The position numbers and the translations under genes are program-made. The notes below the pieces were generated by a model, which saw nothing but the letters and a program-made list of their open reading frames with translations, was not told the DNA's origin and ran no database searches. Positions 19,153 to 28,814 of a DNA stretch of 64,000 nt are shown one piece after another; the first letter of the stretch is position 1, and each line of letters starts with the position of its first letter. This stretch comes from Myxococcota bacterium (GTDB taxonomy: Bacteria > Myxococcota_A > UBA9160 > SZUA-336): contig CBDFGR010000003.1 of assembly GCA_965247115.1 (NCBI GenBank), positions 64,001-128,000 on the forward strand, given 5' to 3'.

Positions 19153-20081
19153 GGAATTCGCGCGCCGGAGCGCGGCTCGGCCGGCTGCGGCGTGGTCGGG
19201 TCGGACAGGTCCACGCCACCCAGGGTGGCGTCGCCTGTCTGGCGGACGCTGGCCTCGAGTCGCGAGACCAGGCACTCGCTGATCGCGCCCGTGACAGCCT
19301 GTCCGATCTCCGCCTGGAATACGCGGATGGACTCGACAGTCCGTGCGCCAAGCGACCCATCGATCTCGCCCGGGCTGTAGTCGAGCTCGCTGAGTAGCTC
19401 CTGAACGTGCTCCACGCTTCCGCGGCGAGCAGCACTGGGGTCGGGGGCGGGCTCGACGCTCGGTGGTGGAACCGCACCGACCGCAGGCAGCCTGCCCTCC
19501 AGCGCGCCCACCCTCGCGGCATCGACCAGGCCCGCACTGCTGCGCAGCATATCGGCGAGCTCCCTGTGCCGGTAGTTCAGCGCGACGCGTAGCGGTGTTA
19601 CCCTCCCCCTGCGCTCGGCATTCACCAAAGCTCCGTTCGCGAGCAGCAGCGCAGCGAGGTCCTGGTGGCCCGCCGCGACTGCCAGGTGCAGCGGCGTGCT
19701 CCGATCCACGTTCCTGGCCTCCACATCCGCGCAGTTCGCGAGCAGCAGCTCGCCGACCTCGCGGTGTCCCCAGATGGCGGCAAGGTGCAGAGACGTCAGA
19801 CCGGAGAGGTTCTTCGCGTCGACGTCCGCGCCACTGCCAAGGAGCAGACGCACGACCTGGGAATGGCCTGAGCGCGCGGCCTCGTGCAGCGCGGTTCTGC
19901 CGAACTCTTGCGGGGCGTTGACTGCCTCTCCCATCAGGATCGCGGTATGCACCGATCTGACATCGTTGCGTGTCACCGCGTCGTACAACGGCGACGCGGC
20001 TTCCGCAGACCGGCAGACCAGCAGCAAGAGGCCCGCTAACAGCAGACAGAACGAGCGCGGGCGCGCGAGAGAGCTCACCAC
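19149..20081 (-). CDS. Secreted ankyrin-repeat protein with C-terminal peptidoglycan-binding domain
   Basis: Signal peptide; GRTALHEAA, GLTSLHLAA, STPLHLAV repeats; VQELL..LDY.PG.IDG.LG.RT...IR.FQ. Confidence 0.85.
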   Translation of the reverse strand: MVSSLARPRSFCLLLAGLLLLVCRSAEAASPLYDAVTRNDVRSVHTAILMGEAVNAPQEFGRTALHEAARSGHSQVVRLLLGSGADVDAKNLSGLTSLHLAAIWGHREVGELLLANCADVEARNVDRSTPLHLAVAAGHQDLAALLLANGALVNAERRGRVTPLRVALNYRHRELADMLRSSAGLVDAARVGALEGRLPAVGAVPPPSVEPAPDPSAARRGSVEHVQELLSELDYSPGEIDGSLGARTVESIRVFQAEIGQAVTGAISECLVSRLEASVRQTGDATLGGVDLSDPTTPQPAEPRSGARIP

Positions 20082-20319
20082 TCCAGAACTCCTCAGACAC
20101 GAATCGGGGTACGCGCCATCCTAACACGCCTTGGCGTAGACCGCCCTCGTGTTGGCAAGCGCCTGTAGGACCGGTCCCGAGTTCTAACTCCGTGGAGAAC
20201 CGGCAACCTCCGACGGGGGCTTGGCAACCTGCAAGCGCCGCGGAAAGCGGCACGCGCAGCGAAGGGCGAAGCCCTGAGCGGAGGTAGGTGGCCGCGGACG
20301 CCCGCGGCCGGGTCCCACC

Positions 20320-20577
20320 TTACGAGGACTTGATGGGCAGACCCGCCTTGTCCTTGAAGTTCCCGCTCACGATCATGATGAAGTCGATGAGCGTCCAGAG
20401 CCCGAGGCCGCCGACCGTGAAGAGCTGAAGCAGGCCGGTTCCGACCTTGCCCACGTAAAAGCGGTGAACGCCCAGGGTCCCCAGGAAGAAGCAGAGCAGG
20501 ATCGCGGGCACGAAGCCCTTGTCACTCAGGCTACTCGTGGTCGTCGGGGGTCCCCCCATCGTGTCAACTGCGTCCAT
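20320..20577 (-). CDS. TM2 domain membrane protein
   Basis: LLCFFLGTLGVHRFYVGK...GGLGLWTLIDF. Confidence 0.9.
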   Translation of the reverse strand: MDAVDTMGGPPTTTSSLSDKGFVPAILLCFFLGTLGVHRFYVGKVGTGLLQLFTVGGLGLWTLIDFIMIVSGNFKDKAGLPIKSS

Positions 20578-20592
20578 GCCAAACCACCTTTC

Positions 20593-20973
20593 TCACCCGA
20601 TCCGTTTCGGGCGCAGCTTCTGGCCGGGGTAGCAGACACGGAGACCGTCTCCGTCCCGATAGCTCCCGACCAGGAGCATGATCGTTGCCAGAAAAGCGTG
20701 TCCGAAGTCCGCCACCACGAAGAGGGCTCCCCATAGAGGCTCGCCGAGCAGGAACGAGAAGATCCACCCGAGTGACAAGGCGATGTCCAGCAATCCCTCG
20801 GCCCAGCGGCCCAGGTAGAAGTGCTGCGCGCCGAGCCAGCCCAACAGGCTCGAGAGAATCACGGCACGCGCGTAGCTCTTGGTCGAGGGCACCTCGAGCG
20901 CCGCTCCGGCCGACTGCTCCACTGCGAACACGCCTCCCGTATCGGGAGTCCACTTCCGGATCTTGGGTCCCAT
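20593..20973 (-). CDS. TM2 domain membrane protein
   Basis: KSY..AVILSSLLGWLGAQHFYLGR motif; start codon uncertain. Confidence 0.8.
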   Translation of the reverse strand: MGPKIRKWTPDTGGVFAVEQSAGAALEVPSTKSYARAVILSSLLGWLGAQHFYLGRWAEGLLDIALSLGWIFSFLLGEPLWGALFVVADFGHAFLATIMLLVGSYRDGDGLRVCYPGQKLRPKRIG

Positions 20974-21032
20974 GCCACGCGGGCGACGGTGCACGTCTAT
21001 GGGCACGGGCATACACTGGAGCGCCCACACCC

Positions 21033-21897
21033 ATGACGCTCTCCGACCTCACGATCGAGCGCCCCATTCTCACCTGGATGATGATCCTGGCGCTGCTCGT
21101 CTTCGGCACGATCGGCTACTCCCGCCTGGGGGTCGACCAGATGCCCAAGATGGAGTTCCCAGTCGTGATGGTCTCCGCCACGCTGGAGGGCGCGACTCCC
21201 GAGGCGATGGAGGAGGATGTCACCGAGATCCTCGAGGAACACCTGAACTCGATCGCGGGGATTCGCTCGATCCGTTCGACCACTGTTCCCGACGTCTCGA
21301 ACGTGGTGGTCGAGTTCGAGCTCGGGCGCAACCTCGACGTGGCGATTCAGGAAGTTCGGGACAAGATCGCGCTGGCCCGTCGGGACCTGCCGCGCGAGAT
21401 CGAGCCTCCGGTGGTCTCGCGCGTGGACATGGACCGGGCCCCCATCATCTTCATCCCATTCAGCACCACGCGGCCACTGACGGAAGCCAGCGAGTACATC
21501 CGGCACCACGTGGCCCCGTACCTGGAGACCATCCCCGGGGTTGGCGGGTCAGCATCTTCGGGCGCAGCGACCGGACCATCCGGATCTGGCTCGACGGGGA
21601 CAGCATGCGCTCGCGCGGCCTCTCCGCCAGCGACGTGCTCACGGCGCTGCGGCGCGAGTACGTCGAAGTCCCCGGTGGGCTCGTGGAGGGCGCGAAGATC
21701 GAGTGGTCGGTCAAGACGAACGCCGAGTTCCGCTCCATCGAGGCGCTCGAGCGCATGGTCGTCTCCCGGGCTGAGGGAGCGCTGATCTACCTGGAGGACG
21801 TGTGGTCCTGGACGACTTCAGCGAAGTCCTCCGCCACCTGCCTCGCCGACTACTGACTCGCGTCTCGCCGGAGCCATCGGCCGGCGGATCGTCCTAG
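21033..21897 (+). pseudogene. AcrB/AcrD/AcrF-family RND permease remnant (frameshift plus large internal deletion)
   Basis: MTLSDLTIERPI...LGVDQMP..EFPVV N-terminus; frameshift near 21546; homology ends at IYLEDV (~21802), then a C-terminal-like VVLDDF... tail runs to TAG at 21895-21897. Confidence 0.85.
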
Positions 21898-21908
21898 CAC
21901 CCACTGGA

Positions 21909-23090
21909 CTAGTCCTCGTCCGGGGTGATCTCCACATCGCCCACTCGGCGCGATCTCACGTTGTCGCGGCGCCGGAGCTCGCGCAGACGGGCGAGATCCG
22001 CGTTCTGACGCTCGCTCATCGACATCGACACAGACCTTCCGGCGAGCTCGACTTCCACCTGGCGAGTCGCCTCCAACCCGTCGGTCGAGCGGGCGAAGAC
22101 TTCGATCACGTTGCGCCCCGTCTGCATGGGGACGAGCGCGGAGTAGGTCCCGTCGGGATTGCGAAGCTGGTAGGAGGCAGCGGCGGACGTTGTCGCGTTC
22201 CGGATGCGCAGCTCGGCAATCTCCGAGAAACTCGCCCCCTCGATCGCGGCCTGCAGGTCGCGGGGATCCGCGACGGGGGCAAAGACGCCGTCCGTCACCC
22301 TCGCGATCTCCAGTGGCGCCCGTGGCTCACGCGTGGCCTCCCTGCCGATCGCGAAGGTGTGGATGTGCACGCCGCGTCTGGCGGCCTTAGAGGCCACGTC
22401 GATCGCCCGGTCCGTGTTCGCCCGGGTCGAGAAGCGATCGGGAAGTGTGGGAATCCCATCGGTCAAGAACATCATGATCCGCTGCGCCCCGTCGCGCCGA
22501 CGGCTCACCGCGCTCTACGATCCGAGCAGCTCCACGGTTGCCCGCAGAATCCCGGCGTGCATGTTCGTCCCGCCGTTCGGCCCATCCAGGAGGATGCCGT
22601 CCAGCCCGCGCTCGACCTCGCGATAGTCCCGGGTGAGCTCGACCTCGACAAAGGCATCGGGCGTCCGGTAGTCGTCGTCCCCGCTGAAGATCACGACACC
22701 CACCCGTGTCGTCCGGGAATCGAGCTGGGAGAGCAGCGTCCGCACGGCCGCCACCTCGGCTGCCAGGATACTGTCCGGGTTCTCTTCTCCGCCCAGCCCC
22801 AGCAGACCACCGGCGCGCCTCGTGACCTTTCCGTCGCCGTCGACGTCGGCGCCGGAGGGCGCTGCGGTGCTCCCAGAGACGTCCAGCACGAACACGATGT
22901 CGAACTTCGGCAGGTCCCCTGCGTGGGCATAGGCCAGGCCGGACACGAAGGCCATCCCGGACGAGTCCACAGCCACCATTCCCGGGGCTGGGCTGTCGAT
23001 CTGCAGCGTCAGCTTCTGGGCCGCACCTCGTGCTGGGCCCGCGCCGAGCAAGCCAACAACCAGCGCGAGCGTGCTCGTCAATCGTAGCAT
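21909..23090 (-). pseudogene. Exported VWA-domain protein interrupted by an in-frame TAG
   Basis: MIDAS motif split across two same-frame ORFs: DVSGST and GGTN upstream, FLTDG downstream of the TAG at 22515-22517. Confidence 0.8.
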
Positions 23091-23229
23091 CGAGCGCCTT
23101 TCTCCTGCGGTCCCCCCGCCGCTGCCCGGCATGACGAGAGACCCCGCAAGGCTACCGGAATCGGCTGCAGAGCGGGCGAGCGCGGAATCCGATGTATGCT
23201 TAACCGCTTACCCGAGAAGGAGTTCTGGC

Positions 23230-24324
23230 ATGCCCACGCCCGCCCGCGTCGTCGTAATGCCGGGGGAGCCCGGCCCACTGAGAGTCCAGGAGGTCGATCT
23301 CCCCGACCCCGGACCGCACCATGTCGTCGTGAAGCAGTTTGCGAGCGGCATCTGCCACAGCCAGCTCCACCAGATGCACGCTCCGCGCACAGCTCCCGGT
23401 CTGCTGGGACACGAGTCTACCGCCGTCGTCCTGGCGGCAGGAAGCGAGGTCCGCCACGTGCGAGAGGGCGACAAGGTCATGCTGACCTGGGTCCCCCGCG
23501 ATGCGGAGAACGCGGGTCGCCCGGCGGAGCCCGCCAGTCTCGACGTTGGCGGTGGAGCCAAAATTCAAGCCCAGAACGTGTTCACCTGGGCGGACCACAG
23601 CATCGCCGACGAGCAGTACGTGGTGAAGGTACCGAGCTCCACAGAAAACGACGTGACCGCGATCATCGGCTGCGCCGTCATGACGGGGGCCGGGGCGGTC
23701 TACCACACTGCCGGAGTCCAGCGGGGCGAGAGCGTCGCCATCTTCGGCGCGGGCGGCGTGGGGCTGTGCGCGGTGGTCGGGGCCAGAGTGGTCGGGGCCA
23801 ACCCGATCATCGCGGTGGATCTCGACGAGAGCAAGCTGGAGTTCGCGCGGCGCTTCGGCGCAACCCACGGGATCAACGCCTCCAAGGTCGATCCCGTCGA
23901 GGCCATCCGGAAGCTGACCGTCCGGAAAGGCGCCTACAACATCGCTCGCGAGCCCGTGAGCGGTGTGGACTACGCCTTCGACTGTATCGGCGTGCGCCAA
24001 ACCATGGAGCAGATCCTGCCCGCCGCGCGCGGCGGCAGCTTCGGCGTGGGACCTGGCGGCACGGCCGTCCTGGTGGGCGTGCCCACGTCGGGTCTGGAGC
24101 TCGATCCGCGCGACCTGCTCATGCACGAGAAGAAGTACATCGGCAGCATCGGCGGCTCCTGCCATCCCGACCGGGACTTCCCGATGTTCCTGCGTTGGCA
24201 GCAGGAGGGACTGCTGGACCTCGCGTCGCTGGTCACCGAGCGCTACCCGATCGAGCAGATCAACGAGGCAACCGCGGCACTGGAGGCCGGACAGATCCGG
24301 GGTCGAGCCATCCTCGAGTTCTGA
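23230..24324 (+). CDS. Zinc-dependent alcohol dehydrogenase (MDR family)
   Basis: GICHS, LLGHE, GCAVMTG, GAGGVG Rossmann motif; AAGGAG RBS. Confidence 0.92.
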   Translation: MPTPARVVVMPGEPGPLRVQEVDLPDPGPHHVVVKQFASGICHSQLHQMHAPRTAPGLLGHESTAVVLAAGSEVRHVREGDKVMLTWVPRDAENAGRPAEPASLDVGGGAKIQAQNVFTWADHSIADEQYVVKVPSSTENDVTAIIGCAVMTGAGAVYHTAGVQRGESVAIFGAGGVGLCAVVGARVVGANPIIAVDLDESKLEFARRFGATHGINASKVDPVEAIRKLTVRKGAYNIAREPVSGVDYAFDCIGVRQTMEQILPAARGGSFGVGPGGTAVLVGVPTSGLELDPRDLLMHEKKYIGSIGGSCHPDRDFPMFLRWQQEGLLDLASLVTERYPIEQINEATAALEAGQIRGRAILEF

Positions 24325-24477
24325 GCCTGCGGTCCGGTGCCCGCAACGGCAGAGCCACCTGGTATACTCGAGCGCGAGCCCGGATCACGGCACCTGCGCC
24401 CGGCATTCAGCGAATGGACGGACCCGGCAACGCCGTGGCAGACTGCGGGCCGGGTCGATCGGATTCCAGAGGACGCA

Positions 24478-24891
24478 ATGAGCAGACGACACCAGTTCAA
24501 ACCAAACGAGGAAGAGAACGAGGTGAACCTGACGCCCATGCTGGACGTCGTCTTCATCATGCTCATCTTCTTCATCGTGACGGCGTCCTTCGTCAAGGAG
24601 TCCGGGATCGACGTCTCCCGCCCCGATTCGCAGCAGCAGCAGCAGGATACGAACAAGCGCAGCATCCTCATCTCGATCACGTCGAGCAACGAGGTCTGGA
24701 TCCAGAAGCGCCGCGTGGACGTGCGAGCGGTGCGCGCGAACATCGAGCGACTGCTCGCTGAGAGACCGGAGAGCGGCGTCGTGATCCAGGCGGCCGAGAG
24801 CGCCGAGAACGGCACCTTCGTGCGGGTGCTGGACCAAGCGCGCATGGCGGGCGCGGCAAACGTCTCGATCGCCGCCCCGATCTCGAACTGA
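24478..24891 (+). CDS. exbD: Biopolymer transporter ExbD/TolR
   Basis: NLTPMLDVVFIMLIFFIVT signature. Confidence 0.9.
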   Translation: MSRRHQFKPNEEENEVNLTPMLDVVFIMLIFFIVTASFVKESGIDVSRPDSQQQQQDTNKRSILISITSSNEVWIQKRRVDVRAVRANIERLLAERPESGVVIQAAESAENGTFVRVLDQARMAGAANVSIAAPISN

Positions 24892-24985
24892 GCGCCGGAC
24901 CGAGCTGCCGCGCGCGAGCTGATCCTGGCGATGCGCGCCACCTGGGGGAGACAGCTTCGCTACACTTGGTGCCGACCGGCCCCAC

Positions 24986-25062
24986 GGACGATTAGCTCAG
25001 CTGGCTAGAGCGCTGCGTTGACATCGCAGAGGTCGCTGGTTCAAGTCCAGTATCGTCCACCA
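24986..25062 (+). tRNA. tRNA-Val (GAC)
   Basis: Acceptor GGACGAT/ATCGTCC, TAGCTCAG D-arm, CTGCG-TTGACAT-CGCAG anticodon arm, GGTTCAAGTCC T-arm, encoded CCA. Confidence 0.98.
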
Positions 25063-25165
25063 GAAGGTGCAGCGAAAACCAACAGTTACGCACGGGGGCC
25101 CCCGGATGCTTGACCAGGCCATCGATTGTCGTGACGAGAGCGACGCGCCGGCGTTCCCGAAGCTC

Positions 25166-25555
25166 ATGGAGAGGCTTGGCGACCCGAAGAAGCGGCTCCT
25201 CTGCGCGGGCCCCAGCCTCGCGTCGCTCGTGCTGGGACTGACGCTGCTGGGAGCGGGGGGCGTCGGCGTGCCGGAGCCCGGAGCGTTCGTGCAGAAGCAT
25301 CTTCAGGACTCCGTCTCCGACGTCAGCATCCTGGAGGTCGGGGGGCGGGGCATCTTCGTGTACGGCCGGACCACAACGAACGACCCCGCTCTGCTCGCGA
25401 GCTTCTGCAGCGGCGCCATCGAGGCCCTGGAGATGATCCTTCCGGGGCGCTCGGCGCACGTGCTCTGGCACACGCCGAGCAGCATCGACTACAAGTGTCC
25501 GATCCCGACGACGCGACGGAAGTTGCCACCGCGGGAGCCGGAGCCCTCCGAGTAG
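25166..25555 (+). CDS. Hypothetical protein with an N-terminal hydrophobic segment
   Basis: GC3-rich codons and a signal-like LASLVLGLTLLGAG; start uncertain; no recognised domain. Confidence 0.5.
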   Translation: MERLGDPKKRLLCAGPSLASLVLGLTLLGAGGVGVPEPGAFVQKHLQDSVSDVSILEVGGRGIFVYGRTTTNDPALLASFCSGAIEALEMILPGRSAHVLWHTPSSIDYKCPIPTTRRKLPPREPEPSE

Positions 25556-25610
25556 GTGGGACTCGGTCCGGGGTCCGCGGCCATCCGCCGCTGCCGCGGC
25601 TCGGGACCGC

Positions 25611-26336
25611 TCAATCGATTCGGATTCCCGCCTTCTCGACCTGGACGGTGCTCTTCGGACGCCCGGAGCGGCTCCCCACTTTTTCGATCCGCTCCAGCGT
25701 GCGCCTCCCGCCGACTACCTCGCCAAAGATCGTGTGCTTGCCGTCGAGGTGCGGCACGGGCGCAAACGTGAGGAAGAACTGGCTCCCGTCCGTCCCGGGA
25801 CCCGCGTTCGCCATGCTCAAGAGGCCTCGGCGGTCGTGGCTGAGCGAGTCCGCGATCTCGCCAGCGAACTTGTAGCCCGCATCGCCAGTCCCATTGCCCC
25901 GCGGGTCGCCGCCCTGTGCCATGAAGCCGGGAATCACCCGGTGGAACGTGAGCGAATCGTAGAAGCCAAGTCGCGTCAGGTAGATCGTGCTCGAGACGTG
26001 AACGGGTGCGACGTCGGGGTACAGGCGGATGGCCAGGTTTCCCATGTTCGTCTCGAGATCCCAGACGTAGCGCCGCGCCTTGTCGAAGCGCAGCATTGGA
26101 GCGGGCGGCAGCTTTTCCTTCCAGCGCGGATCCGAGCGATCGATCTCGCGCGTCGCGATGAACGCGTCGACCGCCGCGAACATGGGGTCTTCTGCAGCGC
26201 TGGCCTCGGCCGCGTCCTCGGCAGGGGCTTTCTCTTGCGCAACCGCCGGCGCGGTTGCGGCCAGCAAGCCCAGGACAACGGCGAGCCCAACGGCCGCTCG
26301 GCGTCGATCCACATATTCACCCGGATTGACTGGCAT
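25611..26336 (-). CDS. Exported cyclophilin-type peptidyl-prolyl isomerase
   Basis: FHRVIPGFMAQGGDP, LSMANAGPGTDGSQFF, HLDGKHTIFGEV; signal peptide. Confidence 0.95.
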   Translation of the reverse strand: MPVNPGEYVDRRRAAVGLAVVLGLLAATAPAVAQEKAPAEDAAEASAAEDPMFAAVDAFIATREIDRSDPRWKEKLPPAPMLRFDKARRYVWDLETNMGNLAIRLYPDVAPVHVSSTIYLTRLGFYDSLTFHRVIPGFMAQGGDPRGNGTGDAGYKFAGEIADSLSHDRRGLLSMANAGPGTDGSQFFLTFAPVPHLDGKHTIFGEVVGGRRTLERIEKVGSRSGRPKSTVQVEKAGIRID

Positions 26337-26393
26337 GGTCGTTCGTCTCCACTCCACGGGCCGACGGGACTCTACGGTACCACGCAGCGGCGC

Positions 26394-27038
26394 TCAGATT
26401 CCCTGGCTCAGGTGGGCGGTGTCGTTGAAGCGAGCCAGCAGCCAGGGAGCGTCGTCCGGGGGACGCACCCACTCGGTGATCGACGTGTTCGACGGCTCCA
26501 GCCGAAAGGGTCGCTCGCGATGCATCGCGTGGTCGAGGAACGCCAGGGTCGCCGCACTTACGACGCCGCCATGGCACACGAGCACGCAGGTCTCACCTGT
26601 GTGCTCGCGTACGAGCTCATGCAGACGACGCTCGACCCGCGTCTGGAAAGAGCTCAGGCTCTCGCCCCCCGGCGACATCGGCCGCTCGGGCTCGGCGCGC
26701 ATGTCAAAGGCATAGCGCTCGCGATACTCCTCCCAGCGCAGGCCATCGCACTCGCCCGGGTGAAGCTCGCACAGGTCGCAGTCGCGCAGCATGGCGAGAT
26801 TCCCGAGCGCAGGGGCCAGGATCTCGGCGGTCTCGATGGCGCGCGGCAACACGCTTGTCATGAGCACGTCGGCCTCGAGCTCGCCCGTATTGAGCAACCG
26901 GTCGCGTAGCGAGGCCGTCTGCCTCCGCCCGAGCTCCGTGAGGCCGCGGCAGGCGCGGTGTCCCGCAACGACCCCATCGATTGCGGCCCGTGCCTGACCG
27001 TGGCGAATGAAGACAAGTCGCGTGGAGCGCTCCGACAT
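26394..27038 (-). CDS. Histidine phosphatase (phosphoglycerate mutase) family
   Basis: FIRHGQ, S.L.RA.ETA, GGES, VCHGG. Confidence 0.92.
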   Translation of the reverse strand: MSERSTRLVFIRHGQARAAIDGVVAGHRACRGLTELGRRQTASLRDRLLNTGELEADVLMTSVLPRAIETAEILAPALGNLAMLRDCDLCELHPGECDGLRWEEYRERYAFDMRAEPERPMSPGGESLSSFQTRVERRLHELVREHTGETCVLVCHGGVVSAATLAFLDHAMHRERPFRLEPSNTSITEWVRPPDDAPWLLARFNDTAHLSQGI

Positions 27039-27155
27039 GCGCGAATTGTAGCCGGATCCGCGCGCGACTCCGGGGGGCCCGGCGACTGGACTTCCACCAT
27101 CTACCGAGGCGGGAGAGTTCTCAACCCTACCGCTCAGAATGCCGTCAAGCTACGG

Positions 27156-28760
27156 ATGGCCGCAACTCTCGAGATCGCCTCCGCGTCGCTCACCGACGTC
27201 GGACTCGCGCGCTCGGAGAATCAGGACTTCTGGGGTGAGTTCGAATACCGAGGCGAACGGCTCCTCATCGTCGCCGACGGCATGGGCGGCCACCGTGGTG
27301 GGGCCACCGCCAGCCGACTCTGCGTCGACTCGGTAGCAAGAGCGTTCAAGCGGGCCAACGGACCCCCGGAAGAGCGCCTGCGCCGTGGGCTCGAGCTGGC
27401 AAACGACAAGATCTACCGCGCAGCCTGGAAGGAGCCTGGACTCAAGGGAATGGGCACGACCGGGGTGGCGCTGCTCTTCTCTCCTCCGCGCACGGCCTGG
27501 ATCGGCTGGATAGGCGACAGTCGGGCGTATCTGATACGAGCGGGCGCCGTGCGGCTCCTGACCAGCGATCACTCGCTGGTCGCCGACTGGATCCGCACCG
27601 GGATCCTTTCCGCTGACGAGGCCGAGATCCATCCTCGTCGCAACGAGCTCACTCGCGCGATCGGATCCTCGGAGAGCGTGGAGGCGGACCTGGTCGAGGT
27701 CGACATGCAGGCCGGTGACGTCCTGATGCTCTGCTCCGACGGCCTCTGGGGCTCCGTCCCGGAGGAGAAGATCGGAGACATCCTCGCCTCGATGGACCCT
27801 GCACCGGCAGCACGAGCGCTCGTCGATGCGGCGAACGCGAACGGCGGACCCGACAACATCACGATCCAGATCGTCCGCCTCAGTGGCGAGCAGGCGGCGC
27901 ACGAGTCACCTCACGTCGCCTCCAGCGCGGAGACGGCTCCCAGACGACAGGCCGCCCCCAGGATGATGGCCGACGTAGACGTGATGGCCGAAGAGAGCTC
28001 GACCGCACTCGCAGAACGCTCGATCTTCCACGTCTCCTCGGCACTGGTGGGCGCCTCGCTGGCGGCGCTCGTACTGTCTGTCGGGTTCGTCATCACCTCG
28101 CTCCGACCTGGGCCGGAGCAGAGCTCCGACCAGCCGAAAGCCTCCGCAGCGCCGATCCCCGCGGAGAGGGCAGCCCCTCGAGCCGAGCTCGAAGCCGAGC
28201 CCAGCTCGGCGGCGGCCGCGGGAGCCGAGGCCGAGGCGCTGCGCCGTCTGGAGGGCGTGTTGACGGGCGGGGTGGTTCTGCTTGAATCGATGGCGGACCC
28301 GATGCCTGGACAGGCCGACCGGGTAGAGCAAGGGCGCGCAGTCGAACGGCCACGCTCCGCACCCAGCGTCGTCCGCAGGCCGAGACCCGCCCGGGTTCGG
28401 CGCGCGACGCCGGCGTCCCCGGTCAACGTGGAGACCGACGAGCTCGAGCCCAGAGTCCAGACGTTTGTCGAGAGCTGGCTCAAGGCGCTCCGAACGGCCG
28501 ACCACTCGCTCTACACGAGCCTGGGGTTCCGGGAGCCGGCCTCCGAGTTCGAGCGCGCGTACGAGGCTCGCGAGAGCTTCAGGCTCGTCGACAGCGAGAT
28601 CGTGGACGTCGGGCGGCGCGCGCCCATCCGCATCTATCTCCAGGTCGTCGCGAGCTACGCGTTCGAACGCCCGGACGGACGCTTCCGCACCGAGGACACG
28701 CACCGGGTCATCCTGGAGGACGGCCCGGGCGGCTTGCGTGTGGCGGGGAGCTGGCAGTAG
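27156..28760 (+). CDS. PP2C/Stp1-family Ser/Thr phosphatase with TM helix and extracytoplasmic C-terminal domain
   Basis: R..NQD, VADGMGGH.GG..AS, GMGTT, IGDSRAY, LCSDGL, GGPDNIT; central TM segment. Confidence 0.92.
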   Translation: MAATLEIASASLTDVGLARSENQDFWGEFEYRGERLLIVADGMGGHRGGATASRLCVDSVARAFKRANGPPEERLRRGLELANDKIYRAAWKEPGLKGMGTTGVALLFSPPRTAWIGWIGDSRAYLIRAGAVRLLTSDHSLVADWIRTGILSADEAEIHPRRNELTRAIGSSESVEADLVEVDMQAGDVLMLCSDGLWGSVPEEKIGDILASMDPAPAARALVDAANANGGPDNITIQIVRLSGEQAAHESPHVASSAETAPRRQAAPRMMADVDVMAEESSTALAERSIFHVSSALVGASLAALVLSVGFVITSLRPGPEQSSDQPKASAAPIPAERAAPRAELEAEPSSAAAAGAEAEALRRLEGVLTGGVVLLESMADPMPGQADRVEQGRAVERPRSAPSVVRRPRPARVRRATPASPVNVETDELEPRVQTFVESWLKALRTADHSLYTSLGFREPASEFERAYEARESFRLVDSEIVDVGRRAPIRIYLQVVASYAFERPDGRFRTEDTHRVILEDGPGGLRVAGSWQ

Positions 28761-28814
28761 CCCAAGCTCCCGCCGGCCAGCCCTACGGGCCAGCCGCTAT
28801 ACTGCCGCGCCGGC

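Noticed and set aside
283..22517. Three in-frame TAG codons (283, 4981, 22515) suggesting amber recoding or pyrrolysine
   Set aside because: TAG is the normal stop of many intact genes here (e.g. 1476, 1919, 3924), one case also has a frameshift, and no pyl genes are visible. Nonsense mutation is simpler.
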